Shown one piece after another: positions 20,910-30,967 of a stretch of DNA of 64,000 nucleotides. This DNA is from Candidatus Spongiihabitans sp. (lineage in GTDB: Bacteria > Pseudomonadota > Gammaproteobacteria > Arenicellales > Poriferihabitantaceae): the NCBI RefSeq assembly GCF_965247905.1, contig NZ_OZ252047.1:724414-788413 (forward strand), written 5' to 3'. The notes beneath the pieces were generated by a model, which was not told where the DNA came from, did not search any database, and saw only the letters and a list, made by a program, of their open reading frames with translations. Both the position numbers and the translations under genes were made by a program. Numbering within the stretch: position 1 is the first letter of the stretch; the number at the start of each line of letters is the position of its first letter.

Positions 20910-21891
20910 GGTTCAAGATACTTTAAGGTATAGTGAAATGGTCATACCTAATTGTTCTATAAATGAAAAACAAGTATGTCATCGTTGCCGAATTTCGGAG
21001 AATAAATTCAGGGCGATTCCACGGCTGTTTTGCCTTGATATCGAGGCTTGCAAAGTCGCTCGAATCACTGGCGTCTCTGGCCCGGCGACCAGCCGATTGT
21101 ATACTCAAATCAGACAACGCATCGCCGGGCAATGCGAGCGTATGTGTTCACTGATTCATTGCCCGTTTTGTTCCTTTCCAGCGGTGTTTTAGCACCGCCC
21201 TCTCGGCCGTCATTCTCGCGCAGGCGGAAAAAACCGCCCTCCCTGCCGTCATTCTCGCCGCAGGCGGGAATCCAGTTAAATATCTGTCACGCGTAGCGTG
21301 ACTCCTTTTGGCATCCGGCTTTGCCAGACACAAACCGGCGGCTACGCCGCAAAGGAGTCCGGCTACGCCGGACGGCATATTCCACTGGATTGCCCGGCCA
21401 ATAATAATATGGGCCGGGCAATGACGACCCTTATTTGTCATTCTCGCCGGCAGGCGGAAAAAACCGCCCTCCCTGCCGTCATTCTCGCCGGCAGGCGGGA
21501 ATCCAGTTAAATATCTGTCACGCGTAGCGTGACTCCTTTTGGCATCCGGCTTTGCCAGACACAAACCGGCGGCTACGCCGCAAATGAGTCCGGCTACGCT
21601 GGACGGCATATTCCACTGGATTGCCCGGCCAATAATAATAATATGGGCCGGGCAATGACGGATTATAGGTAATGGAGCACGTTTTAGTGTCACGCTTTGC
21701 ATGACAATTATTTACCATTGTCTCCCCAACCCGTCATTCTCGCCGCAGGCGGGAATCCAGTTAAATATGTCGTCCGGCGTAGCCGGACTCCTTTGAAAGA
21801 GTGTGAGTTTCGCTTCAATATGCGCCACGAAAATAGGTGTCAATATCTGCTGAAATCTATCCGAAATCGACCGCTTAAAGTATCTTGAACC
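20910..21891 (+). mobile_element. Non-autonomous IS1595/IS1016-like element (transposase ends retained, catalytic core replaced by hairpin-repeat modules)
   Basis: Perfect 18-bp terminal inverted repeats ggttcaagatactttaag (20910-20927 / 21874-21891). Flanking 8-bp direct repeat attgaaaG / attgaaaA. N-terminal HTH-like remnant RLFCLDIEACKVARITGVSGPATSRLYTQIRQRI and C-terminal remnant LKECEFRFNMRHE. The interior is a ~235-bp unit x2 of nested hairpins. Confidence 0.7.
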
Positions 21892-22020
21892 ATTGAAAAT
21901 TACGGCAATGACCAAAAATCGCGGTTGCGGAAATGGCGGCACGATCAATTGCACACGATCAATTGCAATGGCGCGGATTAAAGTATAATCGATCCATTGT
22001 AATTATTCATAGGTGACACC

Positions 22021-22452
22021 ATGCTGGGGTTAGCAACATTCTTTTCATCGATATTGCTCGGATCCATGCTGTTTTTCGCGAGTATCGTCGCGCCGTCGAT
22101 ATTCAAAAGCCTTGAGGACGATGAGGCGCTTAAATTCACCCGTTATGTGTTTCCAAAATACTACTTATGGGGAATCGCGTTATCCGCGCTGGCCACCGTG
22201 CTTGCGCTCGCCGCCCGGTCCTACACCTGCATACTGTTATCGATTATCTTTTTAGGGTTTGTGTACGGTCGCCAGATTCTGATACCTAAAATGACCAGCG
22301 CCAAAGACCAATGGCTTGCCAGCGACACAGCGCAGGATAAATCACGCTATAAATCCTTGCACAAGCGAAGCGTGATCATTAACGCCACACAGATGGCACT
22401 GCTTCTCATTATTGTCGTCGCTACTCAGATCTTGCACCTCCACCAACCTTAG
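22021..22452 (+). CDS. small 4-TM membrane protein (DUF4149/TMEM205-like, tentative)
   Basis: MLGLATFFSSILLGSMLFFASIVAPSIFKSL...FPKYYLWGIALSALA; family assignment is from memory only. Confidence 0.45.
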   Translation: MLGLATFFSSILLGSMLFFASIVAPSIFKSLEDDEALKFTRYVFPKYYLWGIALSALATVLALAARSYTCILLSIIFLGFVYGRQILIPKMTSAKDQWLASDTAQDKSRYKSLHKRSVIINATQMALLLIIVVATQILHLHQP

Positions 22453-22520
22453 CGTTTGCCCGAATATCCGCGGTTGTTGAAAACAGGTTTGTTGAAAACG
22501 AGACGCACCCGCTTATTATT

Positions 22521-22772
22521 ATGACGGAGTCAAGGCCACGACGAAAATCAAATCGACGCAGAGGTGCGCACCAACATCCCAGGCTCGATACCACCGTGCC
22601 ATCGCCCTGTTTATCGGTATGCCGCTTCGACGGCGAACCTTTTTGCAGAGGATGTTATCGAAATGCCGATGAGATTCGTGAATGGATCATCATGTCCAGC
22701 GAGCAAAAGCGGGCAGTTTTGGCGCTTATTGCGGCGCGGCGCGAACAGGAAACCGGCGAACAAATTTGGTAG
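22521..22772 (+). CDS. DUF1289-family small Cys-rich protein
   Basis: SPCLSVCRFDGEPFCRGCYRNADEIREWIIMSSEQKRAVL matches the DUF1289 CxxC...CxGC pattern. Confidence 0.6.
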   Translation: MTESRPRRKSNRRRGAHQHPRLDTTVPSPCLSVCRFDGEPFCRGCYRNADEIREWIIMSSEQKRAVLALIAARREQETGEQIW

Positions 22773-22861
22773 CCGCAGGACGATTACGGCAGGACGATCA
22801 CGGGCGAGCGCGGCCTATTCTCGTGGGCGAATTGACTTATCGAACGTTGCTTGCGCCGTAT

Positions 22862-24394
22862 TCAACCGATCAACTGAAGAAGCCTATCCGACCCGACCGC
22901 ATCGACTATTTCCCCGCCTTCAACCAGACGCGCCGCGGCGTTTATGTCGGTTGCCATAAATCGATCATGGTCGAGTCGAGCAACTTTATTCCTCAGCACG
23001 GCAATGACAATTTGCAATGGCTCGCTGGTCTTGATCGGCGCTCGAAATTGCACGCCCTGGGACCCGGTAAGCAGTTCGATGGCGACGATATTGGCGAGAT
23101 TCCGGTTCATGCCCATCAGCCGATATGCGCCATGGCAGGCCATGGACACGTGATCTTCCTGATTCGCGCTGGTTGGCGTTGAATCAATCGAGCAGGGCGC
23201 CGCTGTTTGCTTGTTTTCGGACATCAATGCCGCCGCCGTTACTTCCGCGACCATAAAACCACAGTTCAGCCCGGGCTGCGGCGATAAAAATGCGGGCAAT
23301 CCATAATTCAGCGCAGGATCAACCACGGTGGCGATGCGCCGTTCCGTAATCGACCCGATTTCCGCAATCACCAAAGCGCATTGATCGGCAGCGAAGGCAA
23401 TCGGCTCGGCGTGGAAATTACCCCCGGAAAGAATTTCGTTGCTGTCGGCGATCACCAACGGATTATCAGTCACCGCATTGGCTTCGATTGCCAAGGTATT
23501 TGCGACCTGGCGGAGTTGATCAACACAAGCCCCCATAACCTGAGGCTGGCAGCGCAAACAATAGGGGTCCTGCACCCGCTCGTCATGCTCACGATGAGAT
23601 TCCCGAATAGCCGATCCATGTAGCAGTGCGCGCAAGGATTCGGCAACATCGAGTTGACCGCGGTGGCCTCTGAGCGCGTGAATTTCCGGCCTGAACGGTG
23701 CGGTGGACGCCATCATCGCGTCGCCGGACATTGCACCAGTGACCAATGCGGATTGGCAATAACGCCAGGTATCAAATAATCCGGCCAAAGCCAGCGCAGT
23801 GGATACCTGAGTGCCATTAATCATTCCCAGACCTTCTTTTGGCCCGAGTTCCAACGGCCTTAGCCCGCATTTTTTCAAAGCCATATCGGCGTTGCGCGTC
23901 TGCCCCTGATAATTTATCTGACCTTCTCCAATCATCGCGGCAGTCATATGCGCCAACGGTGCCAGATCCCCGGATGCACCTACCGAGCCTTTGGCGGGAA
24001 TGACTGGAATCAAGTCTTTATTTAGCATGGCTTCCAGTTGCTCGATCACCTGCCAGCCCACGCCGGACGCACCGCGCCCAAGCGAAGCCATCTTCAACAG
24101 CATAACCAGGCGCACTACGCCATCAGGCAGATTCGGTCCAACACCACAACAATGGGAAAGGATTAGATTTCGTTGAAGCCGGGTGGTTTGCTGCACGGCA
24201 ATTCGCGTATTGGCCAGTTTGCCGAAGCCAGTGTTGATACCATAAACCGCATCGTCGCCCTGTACGGCGGCGCGAACAATGTCAGCCGCACGATCAACGG
24301 CGGCTTTGCAGCCACGCTCGATTAGAAGTTCGCCGGGTTTGCGGTAAACAGACTCCAATTGTTTCAGGGTTAACTGGCCAGCGGTTATTTTCAT
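22862..24394 (-). CDS. hutH: histidine ammonia-lyase
   Basis: 510 aa. MIO-forming [15 protein letters not shown] motif and the GINTGFG motif. Confidence 0.93.
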   Translation of the reverse strand: MKITAGQLTLKQLESVYRKPGELLIERGCKAAVDRAADIVRAAVQGDDAVYGINTGFGKLANTRIAVQQTTRLQRNLILSHCCGVGPNLPDGVVRLVMLLKMASLGRGASGVGWQVIEQLEAMLNKDLIPVIPAKGSVGASGDLAPLAHMTAAMIGEGQINYQGQTRNADMALKKCGLRPLELGPKEGLGMINGTQVSTALALAGLFDTWRYCQSALVTGAMSGDAMMASTAPFRPEIHALRGHRGQLDVAESLRALLHGSAIRESHREHDERVQDPYCLRCQPQVMGACVDQLRQVANTLAIEANAVTDNPLVIADSNEILSGGNFHAEPIAFAADQCALVIAEIGSITERRIATVVDPALNYGLPAFLSPQPGLNCGFMVAEVTAAALMSENKQTAAPCSIDSTPTSANQEDHVSMACHGAYRLMGMNRNLANIVAIELLTGSQGVQFRAPIKTSEPLQIVIAVLRNKVARLDHDRFMATDINAAARLVEGGEIVDAVGSDRLLQLIG

Positions 24395-24416
24395 GGTTTA
24401 ATTTTCATGGCGGTTA

Positions 24417-25832
24417 TCACGATTTGGCAAGCTCATCAATGGCACGCTTGAATGCGCGCGCAATTTTTTCCTGATGGACATGCTGGCCATGGTCGATCAC
24501 CTTGACCCCGCCGACATAGACGTCCTGAATCAAGTTTTCATTGCCAGAGAACAACCAACTGTCCATCAAGTCCTGTTCGGTTCTATGGTACAGGCGCGGA
24601 TGTTGGTTATCGAGAACGATGAAGTCTGCGCGTTGTCCGGCGGCTATGCTGCCAATTTTTGCGCCGCTGCTTTGACGCCCACCGGCCAGCGCGGAACAAT
24701 ACAATGCCATGCCGGTATTCAGGTTTTGCTTGTCAGCCATGACATTGCGTTGTTGATGCAACAACCGCTGGCCATATTCCAGCCAGCGCAACTCTTCCAC
24801 CGGGCTTACCGAAATATGGCTGTCCGAGCCAATCGCCCACACGCCGCCTTGATTAACATAGTCGATCAAGTTGAAAAAACCATCGCCCAGATTGGCTTCG
24901 GTGGTCGGGCATAATCCAGCGACCGCGCCGCTTTGCGCCAAGCGCGCGGTTTCCTGATCATTCATATGGGTGGCGTGAATCAGGCACCATTGTTGATCCA
25001 CATCGAATCGATTGAGCAACCACTGCAACGGGCGTTCGCCGCACCACGCCATGCACTCATCGACTTCCCTGATTTGCTCGGCCACATGCATATGAATTGC
25101 CGCAAGTTGCGTTTTGGGGAGCGCATCAATGACTTCGTTGAGCAGTGGTTCTGTGATCGCCCTCAGCGAGTGCGGCGCGATGCCCACGGCGCAATTGCGG
25201 TGTTCTGAATTTCTTGCCGCGTCAAACAAACTATGAACAATTTCACAAAACGGCTCGACATTATTCAAAAACCGTTGCTGTCCGGCGAGCGCGTCTTGTC
25301 CGCCAAATCCGCCGTAGCGATAGAGCACCGGTAGCGCGGTAAAACCGATACCAAGATCACTGGCTGCCTGCATACACTGCAAAGTCATCTCCGCTTTGTT
25401 GGCATAGGCATCGCCCTTTTGATCGTGATGAAGATATTGGAACTCCCCGACATGGGTGTATCCCGCTTTCAACATCTCCAGATATAACTGCTGTGCAATA
25501 GCGTACAGGTGCTGGGGTTGAATGCGCTCAAGATAGTGATACATCGCCACGCGCCAGGTCCAAAAACTGTCTATGGCTTTATGCTCATTTTCGGTATCCC
25601 AACCGGCTTTTTCCCCCAGACCGGCCAGGCCACGTTGATGGGCATGGGAATGGCAGTTCGGCATCCCCGGAATGATGCATCCAGCCACGATTTGGTATTC
25701 GGTGCTATTCTTTGGCCTGAGTCGTTGTGCGTCAACAAAATCGCCATTCGGGTTGATTTCCACTGCGACATTTGTGGCCCAGCCATCGGCCAATAAAACG
25801 GATTCAAATAGTAGTTTCGAGCTTGATGTCAA
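24417..25832 (-). CDS. hutF: formimidoylglutamate deiminase
   Basis: PGMPNCHSHAHQRGLAGLGE...DSFWTWR...LYLEMLKAGYTHVGEFQYLHH...GSDSHISVSPVEELRWLEYGQRL, collinear with Pseudomonas HutF as I recall it. Confidence 0.85.
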   Translation of the reverse strand: MTSSSKLLFESVLLADGWATNVAVEINPNGDFVDAQRLRPKNSTEYQIVAGCIIPGMPNCHSHAHQRGLAGLGEKAGWDTENEHKAIDSFWTWRVAMYHYLERIQPQHLYAIAQQLYLEMLKAGYTHVGEFQYLHHDQKGDAYANKAEMTLQCMQAASDLGIGFTALPVLYRYGGFGGQDALAGQQRFLNNVEPFCEIVHSLFDAARNSEHRNCAVGIAPHSLRAITEPLLNEVIDALPKTQLAAIHMHVAEQIREVDECMAWCGERPLQWLLNRFDVDQQWCLIHATHMNDQETARLAQSGAVAGLCPTTEANLGDGFFNLIDYVNQGGVWAIGSDSHISVSPVEELRWLEYGQRLLHQQRNVMADKQNLNTGMALYCSALAGGRQSSGAKIGSIAAGQRADFIVLDNQHPRLYHRTEQDLMDSWLFSGNENLIQDVYVGGVKVIDHGQHVHQEKIARAFKRAIDELAKS

Positions 25833-25908
25833 ATTGCACCTCTACCATCGCAGAAACGCTGGCGTTAAAGTCAATGTTGTTGTGCCATGATAAAGTATGA
25901 CCTTCCAA

Positions 25909-25966
25909 ATGACAATCACAGACAGGATAATCACAACATGACAATCACAGACAGGATAATCACAAC
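25909..25966 (+). repeat. 29-bp perfect tandem duplication x2 immediately upstream of, and partly homologous to, the hutI start
   Basis: atgacaatcacagacaggataatcacaac x2, followed by atgataatca (the hutI start). Confidence 0.95.
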
Positions 25967-27184
25967 ATGATAATCAAAGATGCATGTCTTGCCACCATGA
26001 GCGAAGACGGGCGCTATGGTCTGATTGCCGATGGCGCGATCAGCATCCGCGATGGACGAATTCAATGGGTTGGAGCGCGCCAGACTGTGCCGGAAGATAT
26101 CATGGAAGATATCGCGGACGGTGCTGATGTGCATGATTGCGGCGGCAGGTTGGTCACCCCCGGGCTGATTGACTGCCATACCCATATTGTCTATGCCGGG
26201 GATCGGGCCGCCGAGTTTGAGAAACGTCTGCAGGGTGTCAGTTATCAGGCAATCGCCAAAGCGGGCGGTGGGATTGCGGCTACGGTCAGCGCAACCCGAG
26301 CGGCGACCAAGGATGATCTGATTGCCCAATCCTTGCCGCGTCTCAGGCGCTTGATGACAGAGGGTGTCACCACGATTGAGATCAAATCCGGTTACGGACT
26401 CGATACTGAAAACGAAATTAAAATGCTCGGTGCCGCCGATGGGCTGGCCGAGAGCGCGGGTATTCGGGTTCAAAAAACATTTCTGGGCGCTCATGCTGTG
26501 CCACCAGAATATGCCGGGCGTCAACACGACTACATCAATCTGGTGTGCCAAGAGATGCTGCCCGCAGCTTACGCAGCGCGCCTGGTTGATGCCGTGGATG
26601 CCTTCGCTGAAGGCATTGCTTTTTCGGTCGAACAAGTTGAGCGGGTATTTGATGCCGCAAAAAAACTCGGCCTGCCGATTAAGCTGCATGCTGAACAGTT
26701 AAGTCATTTGGGCGGTGCGAAAATGGCGGCTGGCAAAGGCGCACTTTCCGTCGATCACCTTGAGTATTTACCGCCCGAAGAGGTTGCGGATTTGGCCAAA
26801 GCTGGCACGGTCGCCGTATTACTGCCGGGCGCTTTTTATTTTTTAAAAGAAACAAAATTGCCCCCGATCCATGCGCTTAGAGAAAATCAGGTGCCGATTG
26901 CCATTGCCACGGATTGCAATCCTGGAAGCTCGCCGGTAACTTCCCTGCTATTGACCATGAACATGGCGTGCACATTTTTTTCCCTGACCCCGGCCGAGTC
27001 GCTGAGAGCGGTTACGCTCAATGCGGCAAAGGCATTGGGGTTGCAAGATGAAATCGGTAGCCTAGAAGTGGGCAAGCACGCGGACCTGGTAATATGGGAT
27101 ACCAACAATCCAGCCGATTTGGCGTACAATATCGGGTTGAATCCGTGCCACAGGATTATGGTCGGCGGAAAATGGCAGGCGTGA
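25967..27184 (+). CDS. hutI: imidazolonepropionase
   Basis: [26 protein letters not shown]...KLHAEQLS...[10 protein letters not shown]. Confidence 0.92.
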   Translation: MIIKDACLATMSEDGRYGLIADGAISIRDGRIQWVGARQTVPEDIMEDIADGADVHDCGGRLVTPGLIDCHTHIVYAGDRAAEFEKRLQGVSYQAIAKAGGGIAATVSATRAATKDDLIAQSLPRLRRLMTEGVTTIEIKSGYGLDTENEIKMLGAADGLAESAGIRVQKTFLGAHAVPPEYAGRQHDYINLVCQEMLPAAYAARLVDAVDAFAEGIAFSVEQVERVFDAAKKLGLPIKLHAEQLSHLGGAKMAAGKGALSVDHLEYLPPEEVADLAKAGTVAVLLPGAFYFLKETKLPPIHALRENQVPIAIATDCNPGSSPVTSLLLTMNMACTFFSLTPAESLRAVTLNAAKALGLQDEIGSLEVGKHADLVIWDTNNPADLAYNIGLNPCHRIMVGGKWQA

Positions 27185-27241
27185 AAATGACACGCTCGGC
27201 AAACTAATTTTCAGCACCGCAATTTAATCCGGTAAAACAAA

Positions 27242-28914
27242 ATGTTACTTGGGCGAATAGACAAAACCCGATCGATTAAATCGCCCACTGGAACGAAACT
27301 CAGTTGCAAGAGCTGGCTGACCGAAGCCGCATTTCGCATGATCCAGAACAATCTGGATGCGGAAGTGGCAGAAAAACCCGAGGAATTGATTGTCTATGGC
27401 GGCATTGGTCGCGCCGCTCGGGATTGGCAAAGTTTTGACAAAATTCTGGAATGCCTTTCGCAACTGGAAGATGATGAAAGTTTGCTGGTGCAATCAGGCA
27501 AGCCGGTCGGCGTATTCAAAACGCATGCCGACGCGCCTCGGGTATTGATTGCAAATTCCAATCTGGTGCCGGCCTGGGCTAACTGGGATCATTTCAACGA
27601 GCTCGACCGCAAAGGCTTGATGATGTACGGGCAAATGACCGCCGGATCGTGGATATATATCGGCAGTCAGGGGATTATCCAGGGCACCTATGAAACATTC
27701 GTAGAAGCCGGGCGCCAACATTTTGATGGCGACACCAAGGGAAAATGGATTTTCACTTGCGGGCTTGGTGGCATGGGCGGCGCACAACCATTGGCAGCGA
27801 CTATGGCGGGTTATTGCATACTTTGCGTGGAATGTGATGCCACCCGTATCGACTTTAGACTACAAACTAAATACCTTGGCCACAAAGCAAAACATCTGGA
27901 TCAGGCTTTAGCCATGATCCAGCGTGCCTGCGCGAAAGGGGAAGCTATTTCTGTCGGCCTGCTTGGCAACGGTGCTGAAGTTATTGCTGAGTTGGTCAAA
28001 CGCAATATCAAACCTGACCTGGTTACCGATCAGACTTCGGCTCATGATCCTGTGAACGGTTATTTGCCGATCGGCTGGAGCATGGAGAAGTGGCAACGGG
28101 AAAGAAAAAATAATCCTCAAAAAGTTGCCGAACAAGCACGAAAATCCATGGCCTATCATGTCAAGGCTATGCTGGCGTTTCATAAACAAGGCGTGCCTAC
28201 GGTCGATTATGGCAATAATATTCGCCAGGAAGCGCTGAATTATGGGTCGAAAATGCATTTGATTTCCCGGGATTTGTGCCTGCTTACATTCGTCCGCTAT
28301 TTTGCCGTGGGGTCGGGCCGTTTAGATGGGTGGCACTGTCCGGCGATGCGCAAGACATTTATAAAACCGATGCCAAGGTGAAGGCGTTGATTGCGGATGA
28401 TCCGCATTTGCACAATTGGCTGGATATGGCTCGGGAAAAAATCCGTTTTCAGGGACTGCCGGCCAGAATTTGTTGGGTCGGTCTGGGCCACAGACACCGG
28501 ATCGGTTTGGCGTTTAATGAGATGGTGCGCAACGGTGAATTAAAGGCGCCGATTGTTATCGGCCGGGATCATCTCGATGCCGGGTCTGTGGCCAGCCCGA
28601 ACCGAGAAACCGAATCCATGCTTGATGGCTCCGATGCGGTTTCTGATTGGCCATTGTTAAATGCCTTGCTGAGCACGGCTGGCGGTGCGACCTGGGTTTC
28701 ATTGCATCATGGTGGTGGCGTCGGTATGGGTTTTTCTCAACATGCCGGGCTGGTGATCGTGGCTGATGGCACCAAAGCTGCCGATAAACGCCTGGCTCGG
28801 GTGCTGTGGAACGATCCCGCCGCCGGCGTGATGCGACATGCTGATGCCGGATATAAACAGGCCAGGCAATGCGCGCGGGAGAACAATCTGAACCTCGGCG
28901 CCATTAAAATTTAA
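27242..28914 (+). pseudogene. hutU: urocanate hydratase, interrupted by a -1-nt frameshift near 28244-28250
   Basis: ORF 27242..28381 carries the N-terminal 2/3 ([19 protein letters not shown]...[10 protein letters not shown]...[10 protein letters not shown]). ORF 28276..28914 carries the rest in another frame ([24 protein letters not shown]...HHGGGVGMG). Confidence 0.85.
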
Positions 28915-29880
28915 GGTTCAAGATACTATAAAGGATGATTTCGGATAGATTTTAGCAGATATTGACACCCATTTTCGTGGCGCATATTGAAGCGAAACTC
29001 ACACTCTTTCATAAGGAGTCCGGCTACGCCGGACGACATATTTTAACTGGATTCCCGCCTGCGGCGAGAATGACGGGCTGGGGGGACAATGGCGAATCGG
29101 AAGGCGATGAGTCCTTTTGAGAAGACAATGGTAAATAATTGTCTCGCAAAGCGTGACACTAAAACGCGCTCTGGCGTAGCCGGACATTTTCTCTCGTGTG
29201 CTTTGGCATCTCAACTCGCCTTTGCCCTCTCAATTCACCATTACCTATCATTTGTCATTGCCCGGCCCATATTATTATTGGCCGGGCAATCCAGTTATTA
29301 AACCGTTCGGCGTAGCCGAACTCCTTTGCGGCGAGGCCGCCGGTTTGTGTCTGGCAAAGCCGGATGCCAAAAGGAGTCACGCTACGCGTGACAGATATTT
29401 AACTGGATTCCCGCCTTCGGCGAGAATGACGGCAGGGAGGGCGGTTTTTTCCGCCTGCCGGCGAGAATGACAAATAAGGGTCGTCATTGCCCGGCTTGTT
29501 CCGGGCAATCCAGTGGAATATGCCGTCCGGCGTAGCCGGACTCCTTTGCTTTGATGCCGCGCCGTTCGATGCGAGAATGACGGCCGAGAGGGCGGTGCTA
29601 AAACACCGCTGGAAAGGAACCAAACGGGCAATGAATTAGTGAACACATATGCTCGCATTGCCCGGCGATGTGTTGTCTGATTTGAGTATACAATCGGCTG
29701 GTCCCTGGGCCAGAGATGCCGGTGATTTGTGCGACTTTGCAAGCCTCGATATCAAGGCAAAACAGCCGCGGAATCGCCCTGAATTTATTCCCCGAAATTC
29801 GGCAACGAATGACATGCTTGTTTTCATTTATAGAACCATTAGGTATGACCATTTCACTATACCTTAAAGTATCTTGAACC
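28915..29880 (-). mobile_element. Second non-autonomous IS1595/IS1016-like element, inverted relative to 20910-21891
   Basis: Ends ggttcaagatactataaag (28915-) and ctttaaagtatcttgaacc-type (-29880). Same N- and C-terminal transposase remnants on the minus strand, and the same kind of hairpin-module interior. Flanks are aaatttaa / aaaattaa. Confidence 0.7.
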
Positions 29881-29963
29881 AAAATTAATGGTGCAGAAGC
29901 TCAGCGCCCATAGGGAAGGCTTAACTTCCTAGGACCCTGTATTATTATTTGCCATGCAATACG

Positions 29964-30884
29964 CTATAAAGACAGCAGCACTTCTTTGTTAACCGCGATG
30001 TAGCCATTGGAAATTATACTGATGTGCGGTTTTAGCAACCTATGCGCATCGGGCAATTGATGAAACGGAATCGCCGGATAAGCGTGATGCTCAACATGAA
30101 ACGACATGTTCCAACAAACCCACCGCATCAGTTTATTGGTTAACGTAGTGCGCGTGTTTCGCAACATATCCGGCACTAATGGGCATAACGCATGTTCAGC
30201 GAGCAAAAATGCTCTCAAGAAAGGCTGCCCAATCAACATCGGTAGCACCCAATACTTCCAGAGCACCGCAGACTCGCCGAGCAGGCTAAGCGACAACAAT
30301 AAAAGATAAATCACCAGAAATATCCGCGCTTCCCTAACAATTCCAGTTTGTTTAACGTCGCTAACAAAGTGGGTGTGATGATTGCCCATCGCAAACAAAA
30401 CCAGGGCTTTTACCTGCCCAATCCAATAATCCACGCCAGAAAGATTGCGCAGATATTGCCCGGTTGTTTTTGGCTTTTCAGAATCCAGCCCAAAATCCAG
30501 CCCAAAATCCAGCTCAGGGTCTTTGCCTGGAATTTGCGTATAGCGATGGTGCGCCAGATGAAATGCCTGAAAATATTTTGGCGGCAATACCAACACCAAC
30601 CCGCTGATCCACCCAACCACTGCATTTAGCCGCGGTGATTTAAACGCTGTTTTGTGTATCGTTTCGTGTAGCGGGGCAAATAAAAAAGTCAGCAGCCCGC
30701 CAAGCACAATAATAGTCAATCCTTGCATTATCCAATTGTCGAAACTTGAAAGCAGTATAACCGCGACCAGGATGACCATGCCGTGCTGAAATATTTTAAC
30801 CAACCCCAGCGCGTCGCTTCTCTTCATCAAGCATCGTAGTTGATCTTTATCTAACGGCGATGACGCGGATTCTGATTTGGACAT
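29964..30884 (-). CDS. membrane fatty-acid desaturase family protein
   Basis: Three His boxes: HETIHK, HLAHHRYTQ, HVEHHAYPAIPF. Confidence 0.8.
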   Translation of the reverse strand: MSKSESASSPLDKDQLRCLMKRSDALGLVKIFQHGMVILVAVILLSSFDNWIMQGLTIIVLGGLLTFLFAPLHETIHKTAFKSPRLNAVVGWISGLVLVLPPKYFQAFHLAHHRYTQIPGKDPELDFGLDFGLDSEKPKTTGQYLRNLSGVDYWIGQVKALVLFAMGNHHTHFVSDVKQTGIVREARIFLVIYLLLLSLSLLGESAVLWKYWVLPMLIGQPFLRAFLLAEHALCPLVPDMLRNTRTTLTNKLMRWVCWNMSFHVEHHAYPAIPFHQLPDAHRLLKPHISIISNGYIAVNKEVLLSL

Positions 30885-30967
30885 TTTTTATAAAAACTTT
30901 GCATAGCCAATGTTGTTTTGCGCTTCATTGAGGTACGCTTAGGATACCATAAACCAGCAATTTATCT

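Noticed and set aside
21148-21702. 184-aa minus-strand ORF with an internal duplication (and other ORFs at 21.0-21.9 and 29.0-29.9 kb)
   Set aside because: It is composed entirely of the hairpin-repeat modules inside the IS remnants. The duplication in the peptide mirrors the 235-bp DNA duplication.
22564-23182. Plus-strand ORFs 22564..22959 and 22682..23182
   Set aside because: They are antisense to or overlapping the well-supported hutH 3' region and the DUF1289 gene, with no motifs.
20910-29880. Active composite transposon carrying hut genes
   Set aside because: Neither flanking element encodes an intact transposase. Each has its own flanking direct repeat, while the outermost flanks differ. 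I kept it only as a lower-confidence finding about bracketing.
30885-30967. FMN riboswitch upstream of the GTP cyclohydrolase II gene
   Set aside because: The 80-nt leader shows none of the conserved RFN element segments I know and is too short.
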